The notes beneath the pieces are model-generated. The model ran no database searches. It saw nothing but the letters and a program-made list of their open reading frames with translations, and had not been told where the DNA came from. 64,000 nucleotides of DNA from NCBI GenBank assembly GCA_029267465.1, contig JAJUIT010000001.1, positions 2,589-66,588 of the forward strand. The letters are read 5' to 3'. Source of the stretch: Synergistaceae bacterium (lineage in GTDB: Bacteria > Synergistota > Synergistia > Synergistales > 79-D21). Each line of letters opens with the position of its first letter. The stretch's first letter is position 1. The position numbers were made by a program, and so were the translations under genes. Below are positions 43,580-52,721 of the stretch, piece after piece.

Positions 43580-45181
43580 TCAGTCTTTTAACGGGAGAAG
43601 GCGAACCATCCCGTCCCGGTAAACGAATCGGACCCCTTCCAGGACCTCCCGGACGACAAGCGCCTCTCCCCGTATGATCACCGTGACTTCCGGGTAGCAG
43701 TATCCCCTCACGAGGACCTCTCCCCGGTTTTTGGCGGACTGGATTGCCTTTTCGATTTCCTGCAGGAAGCTCTCGGCTTTTTCGATTTCCTCCCTGACCC
43801 TGCCGCTCAAGGCGATCAATTCCCTGGCCAGGAGCTCCTGGGAAGAAGAAAGCCCTTTCTGTTCCGCCTGTTTCGCCAGGAAAGAGATGTTTTTTCGAAT
43901 TCGGGCCTCTTTTTCCAGGAGTTCTTCCTTTTTCCTGAAAAGCTGGCCTTTCTTTTCGAGTAATTTCGGGGAGAGCCCAACCTGAACGATCGTTTTGGCC
44001 CCCATCTCGGACCCGAGGGTGGTGCAGGCCAGGGTTCCTCCTGCCTTGCACACCCCTCCGACGATGACCCCCCGATCCTCCCGGTCGGCCAGGATCGAAC
44101 CCTCGGCTTCCAGGTCGCAGTGCAGAAGGGCTTTTCCGAACCGAACGTCCTTCCCCGCGCGGATGCGGCATTGATCGGCATATTCCACGAAAAGATCCCC
44201 GCCGCAGGACAGGACGCCTCTCCCCATTCCTCTGACGGAGGACTTGAGGATCATCCTCCCTCCCGCGCTCAGGGCGGCTCCCTCGACGATCCCGTGCACC
44301 TCGAGGTCCTCCCGGGCTTTCAGGGAAAAGCCTTCCGCCACCGACCCACGGACAAGGATCCCCCCTTCGCATTCCAGGTTTCCCGTCCCGTAATCGACGT
44401 TTTCTCTCACCTCGAAGACCCTCTGGACCGAAAAGCGGCCGTTTTCACGGACAAGATGGCCGCCGGCGGATGCCGAAAGCGTCAAACCATCCTCAGAAAG
44501 CTCGGTATTGGGTCCTGGAACAAGGCGCACGTCCTTCGCCTTCTTTGCGGGGATCACCCGCCCCGAAACGTCCTTTCCTTCCTGGCCTTCAACCAGGGGG
44601 ATCTTCCTCGCGACGGCCTCGCCCTTCTTCACGTTTCGGATGAGGTTCCTCTCCCTGGGGTCCACCCTGGCTTTCTCAACGCTCCCTTCGTTTTCACCGC
44701 GAGCCTCTCCCGGATCGGGGGCCATTTCCTCGATCCGGGCGTCCACACCGTCTTTGGGCGGAATGCCGGTTGCGACAGGAGTCCACGTCCCGAGGGGGAC
44801 CTGTTCCCGCGCCAGGGCGAAAACGGCCTCCTCCAGCACTCCAAAGGTGACTCCGGCTTCGGAAAGAATCTGACGAACCCGTTTTTCCCGATCCTCTTCC
44901 GGCCCGGATTTCACGGAACCCTTTACAAGCCTGGCTTCGGCGGACAGGCCGTCCGCAAGGATCCGGACTTCCATTCGGAAATCCTCTTCCCCCCGGTCAA
45001 GCGGCCTCCATGGACCAGGTTCGAGAGAAAGGATTTCCTCCACCTGGGCGTAGGAAGCCGTCACTCCGGCTTCAAGAAGGGATTCCAGTACCGCTGCCGG
45101 GTTGACTCCGGCTCTCGTCGTCCGGAGGAAAACCCTCTCGCCTTCCGTTTTGATTTCAAATGTCGCGTGTTCGGTCTCCAC
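43580..45181 (-). CDS. FapA (DUF342) family flagellar assembly protein
   Basis: 533 aa. Central beta-helix-like repeats (VDYGTGNLECEGGILVRGSVAEGFSLKAREDLEVHGIVEGAALSAGGRMILKSSVRG...LFVEYADQCRIRAGKDVRFGKALLHCDLEAEGSI) and a C-terminal coiled coil, typical of DUF342/FapA. Confidence 0.7.
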   Translation of the reverse strand: METEHATFEIKTEGERVFLRTTRAGVNPAAVLESLLEAGVTASYAQVEEILSLEPGPWRPLDRGEEDFRMEVRILADGLSAEARLVKGSVKSGPEEDREKRVRQILSEAGVTFGVLEEAVFALAREQVPLGTWTPVATGIPPKDGVDARIEEMAPDPGEARGENEGSVEKARVDPRERNLIRNVKKGEAVARKIPLVEGQEGKDVSGRVIPAKKAKDVRLVPGPNTELSEDGLTLSASAGGHLVRENGRFSVQRVFEVRENVDYGTGNLECEGGILVRGSVAEGFSLKAREDLEVHGIVEGAALSAGGRMILKSSVRGMGRGVLSCGGDLFVEYADQCRIRAGKDVRFGKALLHCDLEAEGSILADREDRGVIVGGVCKAGGTLACTTLGSEMGAKTIVQVGLSPKLLEKKGQLFRKKEELLEKEARIRKNISFLAKQAEQKGLSSSQELLARELIALSGRVREEIEKAESFLQEIEKAIQSAKNRGEVLVRGYCYPEVTVIIRGEALVVREVLEGVRFVYRDGMVRLLPLKD

Positions 45182-45220
45182 GGTGACCGTCCCTTCGTTC
45201 CCCTCTTTGCTTATCCTTTC

Positions 45221-45832
45221 TTATCCTTCGCCCTTGCCCATTTCTTTTCGAGCCAACGCAAGGACGGTCTTCACGTAACGGCTGACCACCGGGAAAGGAG
45301 GAATCCCTCCATACCGGTCAACCCGGGAAGGACCTGAATGGTATGCGGCCAAGGCCAGCGATTCGTCCCCGTTATACCGGTCGAGAAGCTGCCGGAGGTA
45401 CCTGACCCCGCCGTCCAGGTTCTGAACCGGGTCGAACGGATCGTCCACTCCTAGCCCCTTTGCCGTCGAGGGCATCAACTGCATCAACCCCATGGCCCCC
45501 GCATCGGAAACGGCCCCTGGATTCCCCCCCGATTCCATGAGGATCACCGCACGCACAAGGCTTTCTTCCACTCCGTAACGCCCGGCAGCTGCCTTGATCA
45601 GGGGACGGAGGGCTTCCATGCGCTCCGTTGCGTTTTTGCCCCATCCCGGCGCCGAGGCTCCCTGCGGCTGCACTCCCTCCGAATCGCTCCTTCCGGAGGT
45701 TTTTTCCAGGATGCCCTGGAAACTCCCGGGAACCCCTTCTCCTCCCAGCCATTCAATCCGTCGCTGAATTTCCTCGATCCGTGCCTGCACCCGGCTCATT
45801 CCGGGGCAACTCAATCCCTGGGAGAGACTCAC
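45221..45832 (-). CDS. SLT-domain lytic transglycosylase
   Basis: VILMESGGNPGAVSDAGAMGLMQLMPSTAKGLGVDDPFDPVQNLDGGVRYLRQLLDRYNGDESLALAAYHSGPSRV (catalytic E-S, GLMQ and AYN/AYH motifs). Confidence 0.85.
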   Translation of the reverse strand: MSLSQGLSCPGMSRVQARIEEIQRRIEWLGGEGVPGSFQGILEKTSGRSDSEGVQPQGASAPGWGKNATERMEALRPLIKAAAGRYGVEESLVRAVILMESGGNPGAVSDAGAMGLMQLMPSTAKGLGVDDPFDPVQNLDGGVRYLRQLLDRYNGDESLALAAYHSGPSRVDRYGGIPPFPVVSRYVKTVLALARKEMGKGEG

Positions 45833-45851
45833 TGAATCCCCTCCCCTTTCT

Positions 45852-46298
45852 TCAATCGGCTGCGAAACGGCTAAGAGCGATTTCCTCGAGGGTTTTCTCC
45901 TCCCGTCTCAGCCTTTCGATCCGATCCGCCTTCCGGTGACCGTTCAGGATCGATTCGGCAATTCGAAACTCCGCATGCTGCCGAGACAACTCGACCTTCA
46001 GACCATCGAGTTCCTTCTGCAGGGCAAGCCGTTCCTGTTCCGCGTTCCGAAGTTTTTTTTCCAGCCCTTCGATATCCTCTCTCAGGAGCCACAGATCGTC
46101 GATGGATCGGCAGTTCCGGCAGGACCGGCTAAAGCCCGCCACGGCGCTCGTCCAGGAACGGTCCAGCCTGCGAACCTCTTCTTCCGCAGATCTGGACTGT
46201 TCCTCGCACTGGCTCATCCTTCTGCGCGTCTCGTCACGGATTTTTTCCCGGATCGACTTCAGGCGCTCCAATGTTCGGATCTTCTTTTCCGGGGTCAC
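45852..46298 (-). CDS. fliJ: Flagellar export chaperone/stalk protein FliJ
   Basis: 148 aa coiled-coil protein. GTGA overlap with the fliI stop. LERLKSIREKIRDETRRRMSQCEEQSRSAEEEVRRL. Confidence 0.7.
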   Translation of the reverse strand: MTPEKKIRTLERLKSIREKIRDETRRRMSQCEEQSRSAEEEVRRLDRSWTSAVAGFSRSCRNCRSIDDLWLLREDIEGLEKKLRNAEQERLALQKELDGLKVELSRQHAEFRIAESILNGHRKADRIERLRREEKTLEEIALSRFAAD

Positions 46299-47641
46299 GA
46301 TGTCACTTCCTTCATTCGCGGAATTGAAATCAGTTCCCCGCTTGTCTTTTCAAAGGGGGAAGCCTCATCAACCTCCTGCTTCAGGAACGACTCGATCCGA
46401 GGTCTCTGTTTCAGCGCAAAATCCACGCGAGGGTTGCTGCCAGCCTTGTAAGCTCCCAGGTTGACCAATTCTTCCGCTTCCATGAAGGTGGCCAGCGTTT
46501 CCCGCAGGGATCCTGCCGCTTCAAGGTGTTCGGGGGAAACGAGGTCCCGCATGATCCGGCTGACACTTCTCAGCACGTCGATCGCGGGATAGTGATTCCG
46601 GGATGCCAGGTCCCTTGAAAGGACGATGTGCCCATCGAGAATGCCCCTGACCGCATCGGCGACGGGTTCGTTCATGTCGTCTCCCTCAACCAGGACCGTG
46701 TAAAGACCCGTGATGCTGCCCCTTTCCCCCGTTCCAGCCCTTTCCAGCAATCGGGGAAGAAAGGCAAAGACGGAAGGGGTGTACCCTCTCGTAGCGGGGG
46801 GTTCCCCGATCGCCAATCCGATTTCCCTCTGCGCCATCGCGACCCTTGTGACTGAATCCATCATCAGGAGGACATCTTTTCCTTCATCCCTGAAATACTC
46901 GGCGATGGCGGTCGCGGTCATCGCGGCCTTGAGCCGGACGAGAGGGGACTGATCCGAGGTCGCGACCACCAGGACCGAACGGCTTAGCCCCTCTTCCTTC
47001 AGGTCCTTGCGCAGAAAATCCTGGACCTCCCGCCCGCGTTCTCCGACGAGAGCGATCACGTTGACGTCCGCTTCCGTGCTGCGGGCCATCATCCCCAACA
47101 GGGTGCTCTTGCCGACGCCGGAACCGGAAAAAATTCCCACTCTTTGGCCCCTTCCCAGGGTCAGGAGGCCGTCTATGGCCCGGACTCCCACCGAAATGGG
47201 AGAGCGAATCGGGCTCCGCTTCAGGGGGTGAGGGGGATTGGCCTGCAAGGGATAACTGGCAACCGTAGGAATCGGGCCTTTGTCATCCAGTGGCTCTCCC
47301 AGGCCGTTGAGAACCCTTCCCAGGAGCCTTGGGCCCACCCGGACGTCCAGGGGTCTGCCCGTCGAAAGGACATCGCAGCCCGGACCGATTCTCAGGAGAT
47401 CTCCCAGCGGCATCAGCAGGACCCGGTCTCCACGGAAACCAACGACCTCGCAGGGAAGGGACGGCAGATCCTGGGACCGAAACCGGATTTCCGTCAGATC
47501 TCCAATCTGAACGTCCGGCCCCTTTGATTCGACCACGAGACCGATGACTTCGACTACCTTGCCGTTGACGGGAATCAACTCGATTTCCGCGAGCCGGCTC
47601 CCGAGAACGTCCAAAACAACCGGCAGGTGAAGATCCTTCAA
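46295..47641 (-). CDS. fliI: Flagellum-specific ATPase FliI
   Basis: Walker A GIFSGSGVGKSTLLGMM, Walker B VLLMMDSVTR. The likely start is TTG 47641, overlapping the fliH TGA (TTGA) after a G-rich RBS. The ORF track extends to 47704. Confidence 0.95.
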   Translation of the reverse strand: MKDLHLPVVLDVLGSRLAEIELIPVNGKVVEVIGLVVESKGPDVQIGDLTEIRFRSQDLPSLPCEVVGFRGDRVLLMPLGDLLRIGPGCDVLSTGRPLDVRVGPRLLGRVLNGLGEPLDDKGPIPTVASYPLQANPPHPLKRSPIRSPISVGVRAIDGLLTLGRGQRVGIFSGSGVGKSTLLGMMARSTEADVNVIALVGERGREVQDFLRKDLKEEGLSRSVLVVATSDQSPLVRLKAAMTATAIAEYFRDEGKDVLLMMDSVTRVAMAQREIGLAIGEPPATRGYTPSVFAFLPRLLERAGTGERGSITGLYTVLVEGDDMNEPVADAVRGILDGHIVLSRDLASRNHYPAIDVLRSVSRIMRDLVSPEHLEAAGSLRETLATFMEAEELVNLGAYKAGSNPRVDFALKQRPRIESFLKQEVDEASPFEKTSGELISIPRMKEVTS

Positions 47642-48504
47642 CCTTCGGAGCCCCCCAACAGTCGGTCCACTTCTTTCCCGATGACATCCAGCTGGCTTTT
47701 CCATCTGGCATCGTAGACACCCAAATTAGTATCGACCAGACAGGATCCTTTCTCGATGCCCTCGTCGGGGATCAACTCGAAAACTTCCGCCATTCTCCGG
47801 ATTTCATCCATCTCCTGCCCCCGGACAAGAAAGAGATCCCGGTCGGAGGGATTCAGGAGTACCCGAACCCGGGACCTGTCCCCCACGCGCTGCAGGATCG
47901 CCTTGAATAGCCTCCAGGCTGCGTCGCGATCGAGAGAAACCTCCCGGTGGAGGAGTTTTTCCAGGGAGATCTTCCAGATCTGCAGGAGAGCCCGGCAATG
48001 GCTTTCTCCACTCTCTTCCAGCGCCCGTTTCAGCTCGGAGCAGATCTTCCCCGCAAGGGCCTCAAGTTTTCCGAAGCGATCTTTTGTCTCCCGCTGGCAT
48101 TCCCGTCGGGCTTCCTCCATGGCCTGCGCCAGGCCCTTGCGGTACCCTTCCTCGAAACCCGCCCTTTCGGCCTGCTGCCTGCTTCTTTCCGCTTCCTCGG
48201 CCACCTGCCGGAGAAGAGCAGCCCGCTCTTCCTCGAAAAGAGAGCGTTCCTTCTCCCTTTCCAGTCGAAGCCGGGCAAGCTCCTCCCGGCTTCGACTTTC
48301 ACTTTCCAGCAAGCTTTCGATTCGCCTTTGGAGATCTTGAATCTGCAGGTTGGCTACAAGGAAGGGATCGATCTGTTTGCCTCCCTCCAGCTCCCTTGGC
48401 AGAACGGGGGGCGAAAGAAGCACTTTTTCCTCGGAAATCGGAAGGTTCCGGTAAATTTTCCCGTTGGGGTTCCTCGGACTAGAGGACAACGTCGTCCCCT
48501 CCAC
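47638..48504 (-). CDS. fliH: Flagellar assembly protein FliH
   Basis: Located between fliG and fliI. E/R-rich coiled coil (RSREELARLRLEREKERSLFEEERAALLRQVAEEAERSRQQAERAGFEEGYRKGLAQAMEEARRE) and a FliH C-terminal-like domain. GTG start; the start is uncertain. Confidence 0.7.
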   Translation of the reverse strand: MEGTTLSSSPRNPNGKIYRNLPISEEKVLLSPPVLPRELEGGKQIDPFLVANLQIQDLQRRIESLLESESRSREELARLRLEREKERSLFEEERAALLRQVAEEAERSRQQAERAGFEEGYRKGLAQAMEEARRECQRETKDRFGKLEALAGKICSELKRALEESGESHCRALLQIWKISLEKLLHREVSLDRDAAWRLFKAILQRVGDRSRVRVLLNPSDRDLFLVRGQEMDEIRRMAEVFELIPDEGIEKGSCLVDTNLGVYDARWKSQLDVIGKEVDRLLGGSEG

Positions 48505-49489
48505 CCGTGAAGAGGATTTCCCCCGCCTCCTCCAGGGAACGGATCCGGTTGACGATCTTCTGCTGGGCTTCCTCCACGTCTCTGAGGCGCACGGGTCCCA
48601 TGAGCTCCATCTCTTCCTTCAGCATCTCCACCGCACGGCTGGACATGTTCCTGAAGAACTTCTCCCGCAGGTTCTCCGAAACCCCCTTGAGCGCCAGGGC
48701 CATCTCTTTCCCGTCCACGTCCCTGAGGGCCTTCTGCAAAGAACGGTCGTCAATCCGGAGAATGTCCTCGAACGTAAAGAGTTTCTTGCGGATTTCCTCT
48801 GCCAGTTCCGGATCCCGCTCGTCCAGGATCTCGAGGATGTTCTTTTCGGTCTTGCGGCCGGATTTGTTGAGGATCTGAACCACGGAGTCGACCCCGCCGG
48901 CCAGGGAGAAATCCGCTCCCATGACCGCGCTCATTTTCTTTTCCAGGACCCTTTCGGTTTCCCGAAGCACCTCGGGGGTGACCCGGTCCATCTTGGCGAT
49001 CCGCAGGGCCACGTCCGCCTGCGCCTCGGGTGGCAGACCCCCCAGCACTGTCGCTGCCCGGTCTGCCGGGAGGAAGGACAGGATGAGGGCGATCATCTGG
49101 GGGTGTTCGCCCTGAAGGAAGGAGAAAAGCTGAACGGGATCGGAAGCCCGCAGAAAGTCGAAGGGTTTCGTCTGAAGGCTTGATGTGAGCTTTCGAAGCA
49201 ACTCCTCCGCCTTTTCGCGGCCCATGGCCTGCTCCAGGAGTTCCCGCGCGTAGGCCACACCCCCCCGGCCCAGAAACTCCTTCGCCATGAGAAGTTCCTT
49301 CACTTCCTTCAGCACCGCCTCTCGTTCTTCGGGGTCCACGCGGCGGACCGCCGCGATCTCCAACGTCAGCATCTCAATGGTTGCCTCGTCCAGATGCCGG
49401 TAAACCTGGGCGGCGGTTTCCGGCCCCAGGAGGACCAGCAAGATGGCGGCCTTTCTTCTTCCCTTCAAGCCCCGGTACTCCGCGCTCAT
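48479..49489 (-). CDS. fliG: Flagellar motor switch protein FliG
   Basis: ATG 49489 shares one nt with the fliF stop (TGATG). GRRKAAILLVLLGPETAAQVYRHLDEATIEMLTLEIA...IALILSFL...EILFTGG. The ORF-track extension to 49744 lies inside fliF. Confidence 0.95.
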   Translation of the reverse strand: MSAEYRGLKGRRKAAILLVLLGPETAAQVYRHLDEATIEMLTLEIAAVRRVDPEEREAVLKEVKELLMAKEFLGRGGVAYARELLEQAMGREKAEELLRKLTSSLQTKPFDFLRASDPVQLFSFLQGEHPQMIALILSFLPADRAATVLGGLPPEAQADVALRIAKMDRVTPEVLRETERVLEKKMSAVMGADFSLAGGVDSVVQILNKSGRKTEKNILEILDERDPELAEEIRKKLFTFEDILRIDDRSLQKALRDVDGKEMALALKGVSENLREKFFRNMSSRAVEMLKEEMELMGPVRLRDVEEAQQKIVNRIRSLEEAGEILFTGGGDDVVL

Positions 49490-51027
49490 CAGGATTCCTC
49501 CAGCCATTGCTTGATGATCGATGCCGTCTCTTCCGGGGCCGACCGGGCATAGAGGGCGATCTGTTCCTCCAGGATCTGGAGGGAGTCCTTCGGGGCCTCG
49601 AAGAGGTCGCCTGCCATCTCCGGCACTTTTGCCTTTTCCGCCTCGTTCTTCCGGACCGAGAAACCCTTCTTCCGGCGCAGGATAAGGAAGGCCGCCGCTC
49701 CTGCAAAGGCCGTAACCAGGAAAAACGCTGCGGCGACAACCCATCTCTGCAGCCGGGCCTGCACCGGAGAGTTCTCCTCCTGGTCCTTTGCCGGGGCGAA
49801 GGGCATCATGGTCAGGGAGATTCGGTCGCCGCGCCTCTCGTCGATCCCGATCGCAGCTCCCAGCGAGGCCAGAAGCGCCTCCCTGGGGATACCGCTCTCC
49901 TCCCGGTTGATCACGACCGAAGCTGTGATGCGCTTGATTTTTCCCGGCGTTTCCTCTTCTTCCTCCTGCAACGTCGAGATCTCGTAATTCGTCACCTGGT
50001 CGGTCTTCGAGTATTCCCCCGCTGAAGAGGCCCCGGTTTTCACGGCGTAACCCGGGATGTTCGCAGCCGTCCCTACCCCCTGGGACGGCCCGGCAGATCC
50101 CGTGTAGTTCTCCTCTGAAACCTGGGTGCTTCGGACAACCCCCTTACCGTTGGGCTGAGGCACAAATTCCTTCCGGGTGCGGTTTCGCTTCGTGAAATCC
50201 AGTTCGACACGGACCCGGACCAGGGCGTTGCCGGGACCGAAGATCGCCGACAGGAGATTCTGGGCCTTCAGCTCCAGGTCCTTTTCCTGGCGCCGTTCCA
50301 GTTCCCGCTGCAGGGAGGTCACTTCCCCTGAATCCCGGACGTAGGCAGAACCATCCGCTGCCAGCGACTCCGAAAGCAGGCGGCCGGAGGTGTCCACGAC
50401 CGAAACGTTTTCCGGGGCGAGTCCCTCCACGCTTGAAGCGGTGAGCTTGACGACGGCCCGTACCTGTTCCGGGGACAGGTCCCTTCCGGGACGCAGCTTG
50501 ACCAGAACGGAGGCGGTGGCGGGCTGCTCGTCCTTCAGGAAAAGCTTCGGCTTCGGAAGGACCACACTCACCCTTGCCGATTCCACCACGTCAAGACGGC
50601 CGATCGTCCGGGCCAGTTCCCCCTCCAGAGCTCGAATGTAGGCTACCTGCTGCTGGAAATCCGTCATCCCCATCTTCGCGTTGTCGAAGATCTCGTATCC
50701 CACCGTCCCGTTCTTCGGCAGACCGGCCTCCGCCATCGAGAGGCGCAGCCCGTAGACGTCCGAATCGGGAACCAGGATCGCTCCGTCCTGCGGATTGATT
50801 CGGAAAGGGACTTTCCGCTCGTTCAGGATGTCGACGATCGCCGCCTGATCTTCCAGCTCAAGCCCCGAGAAGAGGGGAACGTAGGAGACCCGTCCGGAAA
50901 ACGCCAGGATCCCGGCGAAAACGAGCAGGCAGGCCACGCCGCCTGAGACGATGGCAAACCGCTGCCGCCGACTCCGCTCCTGCCAGAAGGCCTGAAGCCT
51001 TCCTAGCCACTCCCTTAGGGTTTCCAT
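49489..51027 (-). CDS. fliF: Flagellar MS-ring protein FliF
   Basis: 512 aa. VPLFSGLELEDQAAIVDILNERKVPFRI...GLPKNGTVGYEIFD...ARVSVVLPK, with a C-terminal TM segment. Confidence 0.95.
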   Translation of the reverse strand: METLREWLGRLQAFWQERSRRQRFAIVSGGVACLLVFAGILAFSGRVSYVPLFSGLELEDQAAIVDILNERKVPFRINPQDGAILVPDSDVYGLRLSMAEAGLPKNGTVGYEIFDNAKMGMTDFQQQVAYIRALEGELARTIGRLDVVESARVSVVLPKPKLFLKDEQPATASVLVKLRPGRDLSPEQVRAVVKLTASSVEGLAPENVSVVDTSGRLLSESLAADGSAYVRDSGEVTSLQRELERRQEKDLELKAQNLLSAIFGPGNALVRVRVELDFTKRNRTRKEFVPQPNGKGVVRSTQVSEENYTGSAGPSQGVGTAANIPGYAVKTGASSAGEYSKTDQVTNYEISTLQEEEEETPGKIKRITASVVINREESGIPREALLASLGAAIGIDERRGDRISLTMMPFAPAKDQEENSPVQARLQRWVVAAAFFLVTAFAGAAAFLILRRKKGFSVRKNEAEKAKVPEMAGDLFEAPKDSLQILEEQIALYARSAPEETASIIKQWLEES

Positions 51028-51049
51028 GTTTTGCTTTCAATCCCCATCT

Positions 51050-51370
51050 TCATGAGGACATCCGAACCAGCTGATTGTAGGAATCCAGAATCCGATCCCG
51101 GACCTGGACAGCGAATCGCAGCGCAAGCTCAGCCTCCGAAACCGCGGCCGCCACTTCCGAAATATCTTCCACGTCGCCGGCCGCAAAGGCCTGCATGGCT
51201 TTCTCGGCCCGGATCTGCGCCTGGTTGACCTTCTCCAATCCCTGCCGCAAGGCCCCTTCGAACGGAGAGACCGGCTTTTCCGGCTCCTCGGTCCGTGCAG
51301 GCCTTGGAGCCCCGTAGACGGAACGGGCCTCCCTCAGCAGCCCCAGGTTCACCATCGACACCCCGCTCAT
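51050..51370 (-). CDS. fliE: Flagellar hook-basal body protein FliE
   Basis: FEGALRQGLEKVNQAQIRAEKAMQAFAAGDVEDISEVAAAVSEAELALRFAVQVRDRILDSYNQLVRM. ATG 51370 follows GGAAAGGGGCAGGGG. The ORF is open to TTG 51400. Confidence 0.85.
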   Translation of the reverse strand: MSGVSMVNLGLLREARSVYGAPRPARTEEPEKPVSPFEGALRQGLEKVNQAQIRAEKAMQAFAAGDVEDISEVAAAVSEAELALRFAVQVRDRILDSYNQLVRMSS

Positions 51371-51401
51371 CCTGACCCCTGCCCCTTTCCTCCGACGCAA
51401 T

Positions 51402-52202
51402 TCACCCCAGCGCGCTTTCCACCGTTCTGCGCAGCTTTTGAAGGATCCGCTGGTGGAGCTGGCACACTCTCGATTCAGAGAGGCCGAACGCCTCGGCGAT
51501 CTCCCGGAATTTCCAGAAATGGAAATAATAAAGCCGGATCAGATCCTGCTCCCGCTCGTCGAGCCTTTCAAGGGCCGCGTGAAGTCGCTCGCTCTCGTCC
51601 TTCTGCTCGACAACATCCTGGGGACCGGGCCCGTCATCTGCCAGAAGGGCCGCCTTGTCCGCTTCCCCCTCTTCCAGCGCGACCCACTCATCAAGGCATC
51701 CCAGGGTGCTCGAGGCGACCAGGCGGAGCAGCTGCCGATATTCCTCTTCCGAAGCGCCGAGGCGGGTTCTGACCCTCTCATGGGAAATTTCCCCGGACCG
51801 GTTCATTTCCTCTTCCCGGGCCTCGTTGAACGCCTCGATCTTCTCGCGCCCCGATCGGGAGATCCAGTCGAACTTCCTCAGTTCGTCCAGAATCGCCCCC
51901 CGGATACGGGGGACCGCATAGGTTGAAAAAGCAAATCCCAGAGAGGGGTCATATTTTTCGATCGCGTCCAGCAGGCCAATCTTGCCAAAGCTCAGGATGT
52001 CCTCGAATTCCAGCTCTCTTGGGGGAGAGACGCTCATCCGCCGGGCCGCAAACCGGACAAGATGAAGGTACCGTTCAACAAGCCTTTCTCGGATCTCCCG
52101 TTTTTCTGCGCTCTCCGGCGCAGCTGCCCGGTAGACCTCCCACAGTGCCTGGTCCGTTCCGGGAGCCGAACTCTCCTCCGTTCTGACCGAACGCGAGTTC
52201 AT
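51402..52202 (-). CDS. fliA: Flagellar sigma factor FliA (sigma-28/SigD/WhiG family)
   Basis: RBS TAAGGAGGGAAAGGG. LVERYLHLVRFAARRM...EDILSFGKIGLLDAIEKYDPSLGFAFSTYAVPRIRGAILDELRKFDW...FREIAEAFGLSESRVCQLHQRILQKLR. Confidence 0.9.
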   Translation of the reverse strand: MNSRSVRTEESSAPGTDQALWEVYRAAAPESAEKREIRERLVERYLHLVRFAARRMSVSPPRELEFEDILSFGKIGLLDAIEKYDPSLGFAFSTYAVPRIRGAILDELRKFDWISRSGREKIEAFNEAREEEMNRSGEISHERVRTRLGASEEEYRQLLRLVASSTLGCLDEWVALEEGEADKAALLADDGPGPQDVVEQKDESERLHAALERLDEREQDLIRLYYFHFWKFREIAEAFGLSESRVCQLHQRILQKLRRTVESALG

Positions 52203-52236
52203 CCCTTTCCCTCCTTAAGACACCGCCCCTTAATGA

Positions 52237-52263
52237 GTATCGGAAGAAAAGTCCGAAATTTTC
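52237..52263 (-). promoter_or_regulatory. Candidate sigma-28 type promoter directly upstream of fliA
   Basis: The minus strand reads GAAA-N15-TCCGATAC, against the consensus TAAA-N15-GCCGATAA. It ends about 35 nt upstream of the fliA ATG. Confidence 0.3.
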
Positions 52264-52536
52264 CCATTCTCAGGTCAAACGAAAAACCGACTTGAACCCC
52301 TTCTGGCTGGCTGATGCCTTCCAGCTGGCCCCTGCAATCGAAGCAGAGGCCATCCCTCCACGGGGAATACACGGGAAAAAAACCAAGAACAGATCCTGCA
52401 TGGGAAACAAAACCAGGGGAGAGAAAGGATGGAAGCCACACTCCGAATTCACACCTCTTTTCAGTTAACGTGTTTTCTAGAATGTTTTTATTCTTTGTAG
52501 CTTTTTTGTTTTTAAAGGAAGATCGGAATTTCGCCT

Positions 52537-52566
52537 ATTCTAAGCGACCGAAATACCAAAAATCAA
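52537..52566 (-). promoter_or_regulatory. Candidate sigma-70 type promoter in AT-rich island
   Basis: The minus strand reads TTGATT-N18-TAGAAT (or N17-TTAGAA), inside the only strongly AT-rich stretch of the window. It would give a leader of about 330 nt to fliA. Confidence 0.3.
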
Positions 52567-52630
52567 GATTATTATGAAATAGTAATAGAGGATTTAATTT
52601 AATTAACGTTTTCTGATATTTCACACGGGA

Positions 52631-52675
52631 ACAAAAAAGAGAAGAGCGGGTTAAGCTTTGAACCCGCTCTTCTCC
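52631..52675 (-). terminator. Rho-independent terminator of the flagellin gene
   Basis: Perfect 14 bp stem GAGAAGAGCGGGTT (52639..52652) / AACCCGCTCTTCTC (52661..52674) with an 8 nt loop. On the minus strand it is followed by a TTTTTT run (52633..52638). It sits 47 nt after the flagellin stop. Confidence 0.75.
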
Positions 52676-52721
52676 AGTGAAGGGTCAATTCTCTCTCCGG
52701 CCCCACAAGGGGCTCGTTCAA

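Noticed and set aside
42706-45337. Plus-strand ORFs of 323 aa (42706..43677) and 405 aa (44120..45337)
   Set aside because: They are antisense to flhA and fapA. Composition is biased (R, D, G, P, H) and no motifs are present.
52199-52441. 80-codon minus-strand ORF overlapping the fliA start
   Set aside because: It has a GTG start without an RBS. The sequence is odd and aromatic/Cys-rich with poor third-position bias. It is more likely part of the fliA 5' leader. It is kept only as a note under the AT-rich island finding.
52440-52640. AT-rich island as a mobile element remnant, tRNA or CRISPR leader
   Set aside because: It is only about 200 bp, with no ORF, no direct or inverted terminal repeats, no tRNA-like cloverleaf and no repeat-spacer pattern. 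It is better explained as a promoter or regulatory intergenic region.
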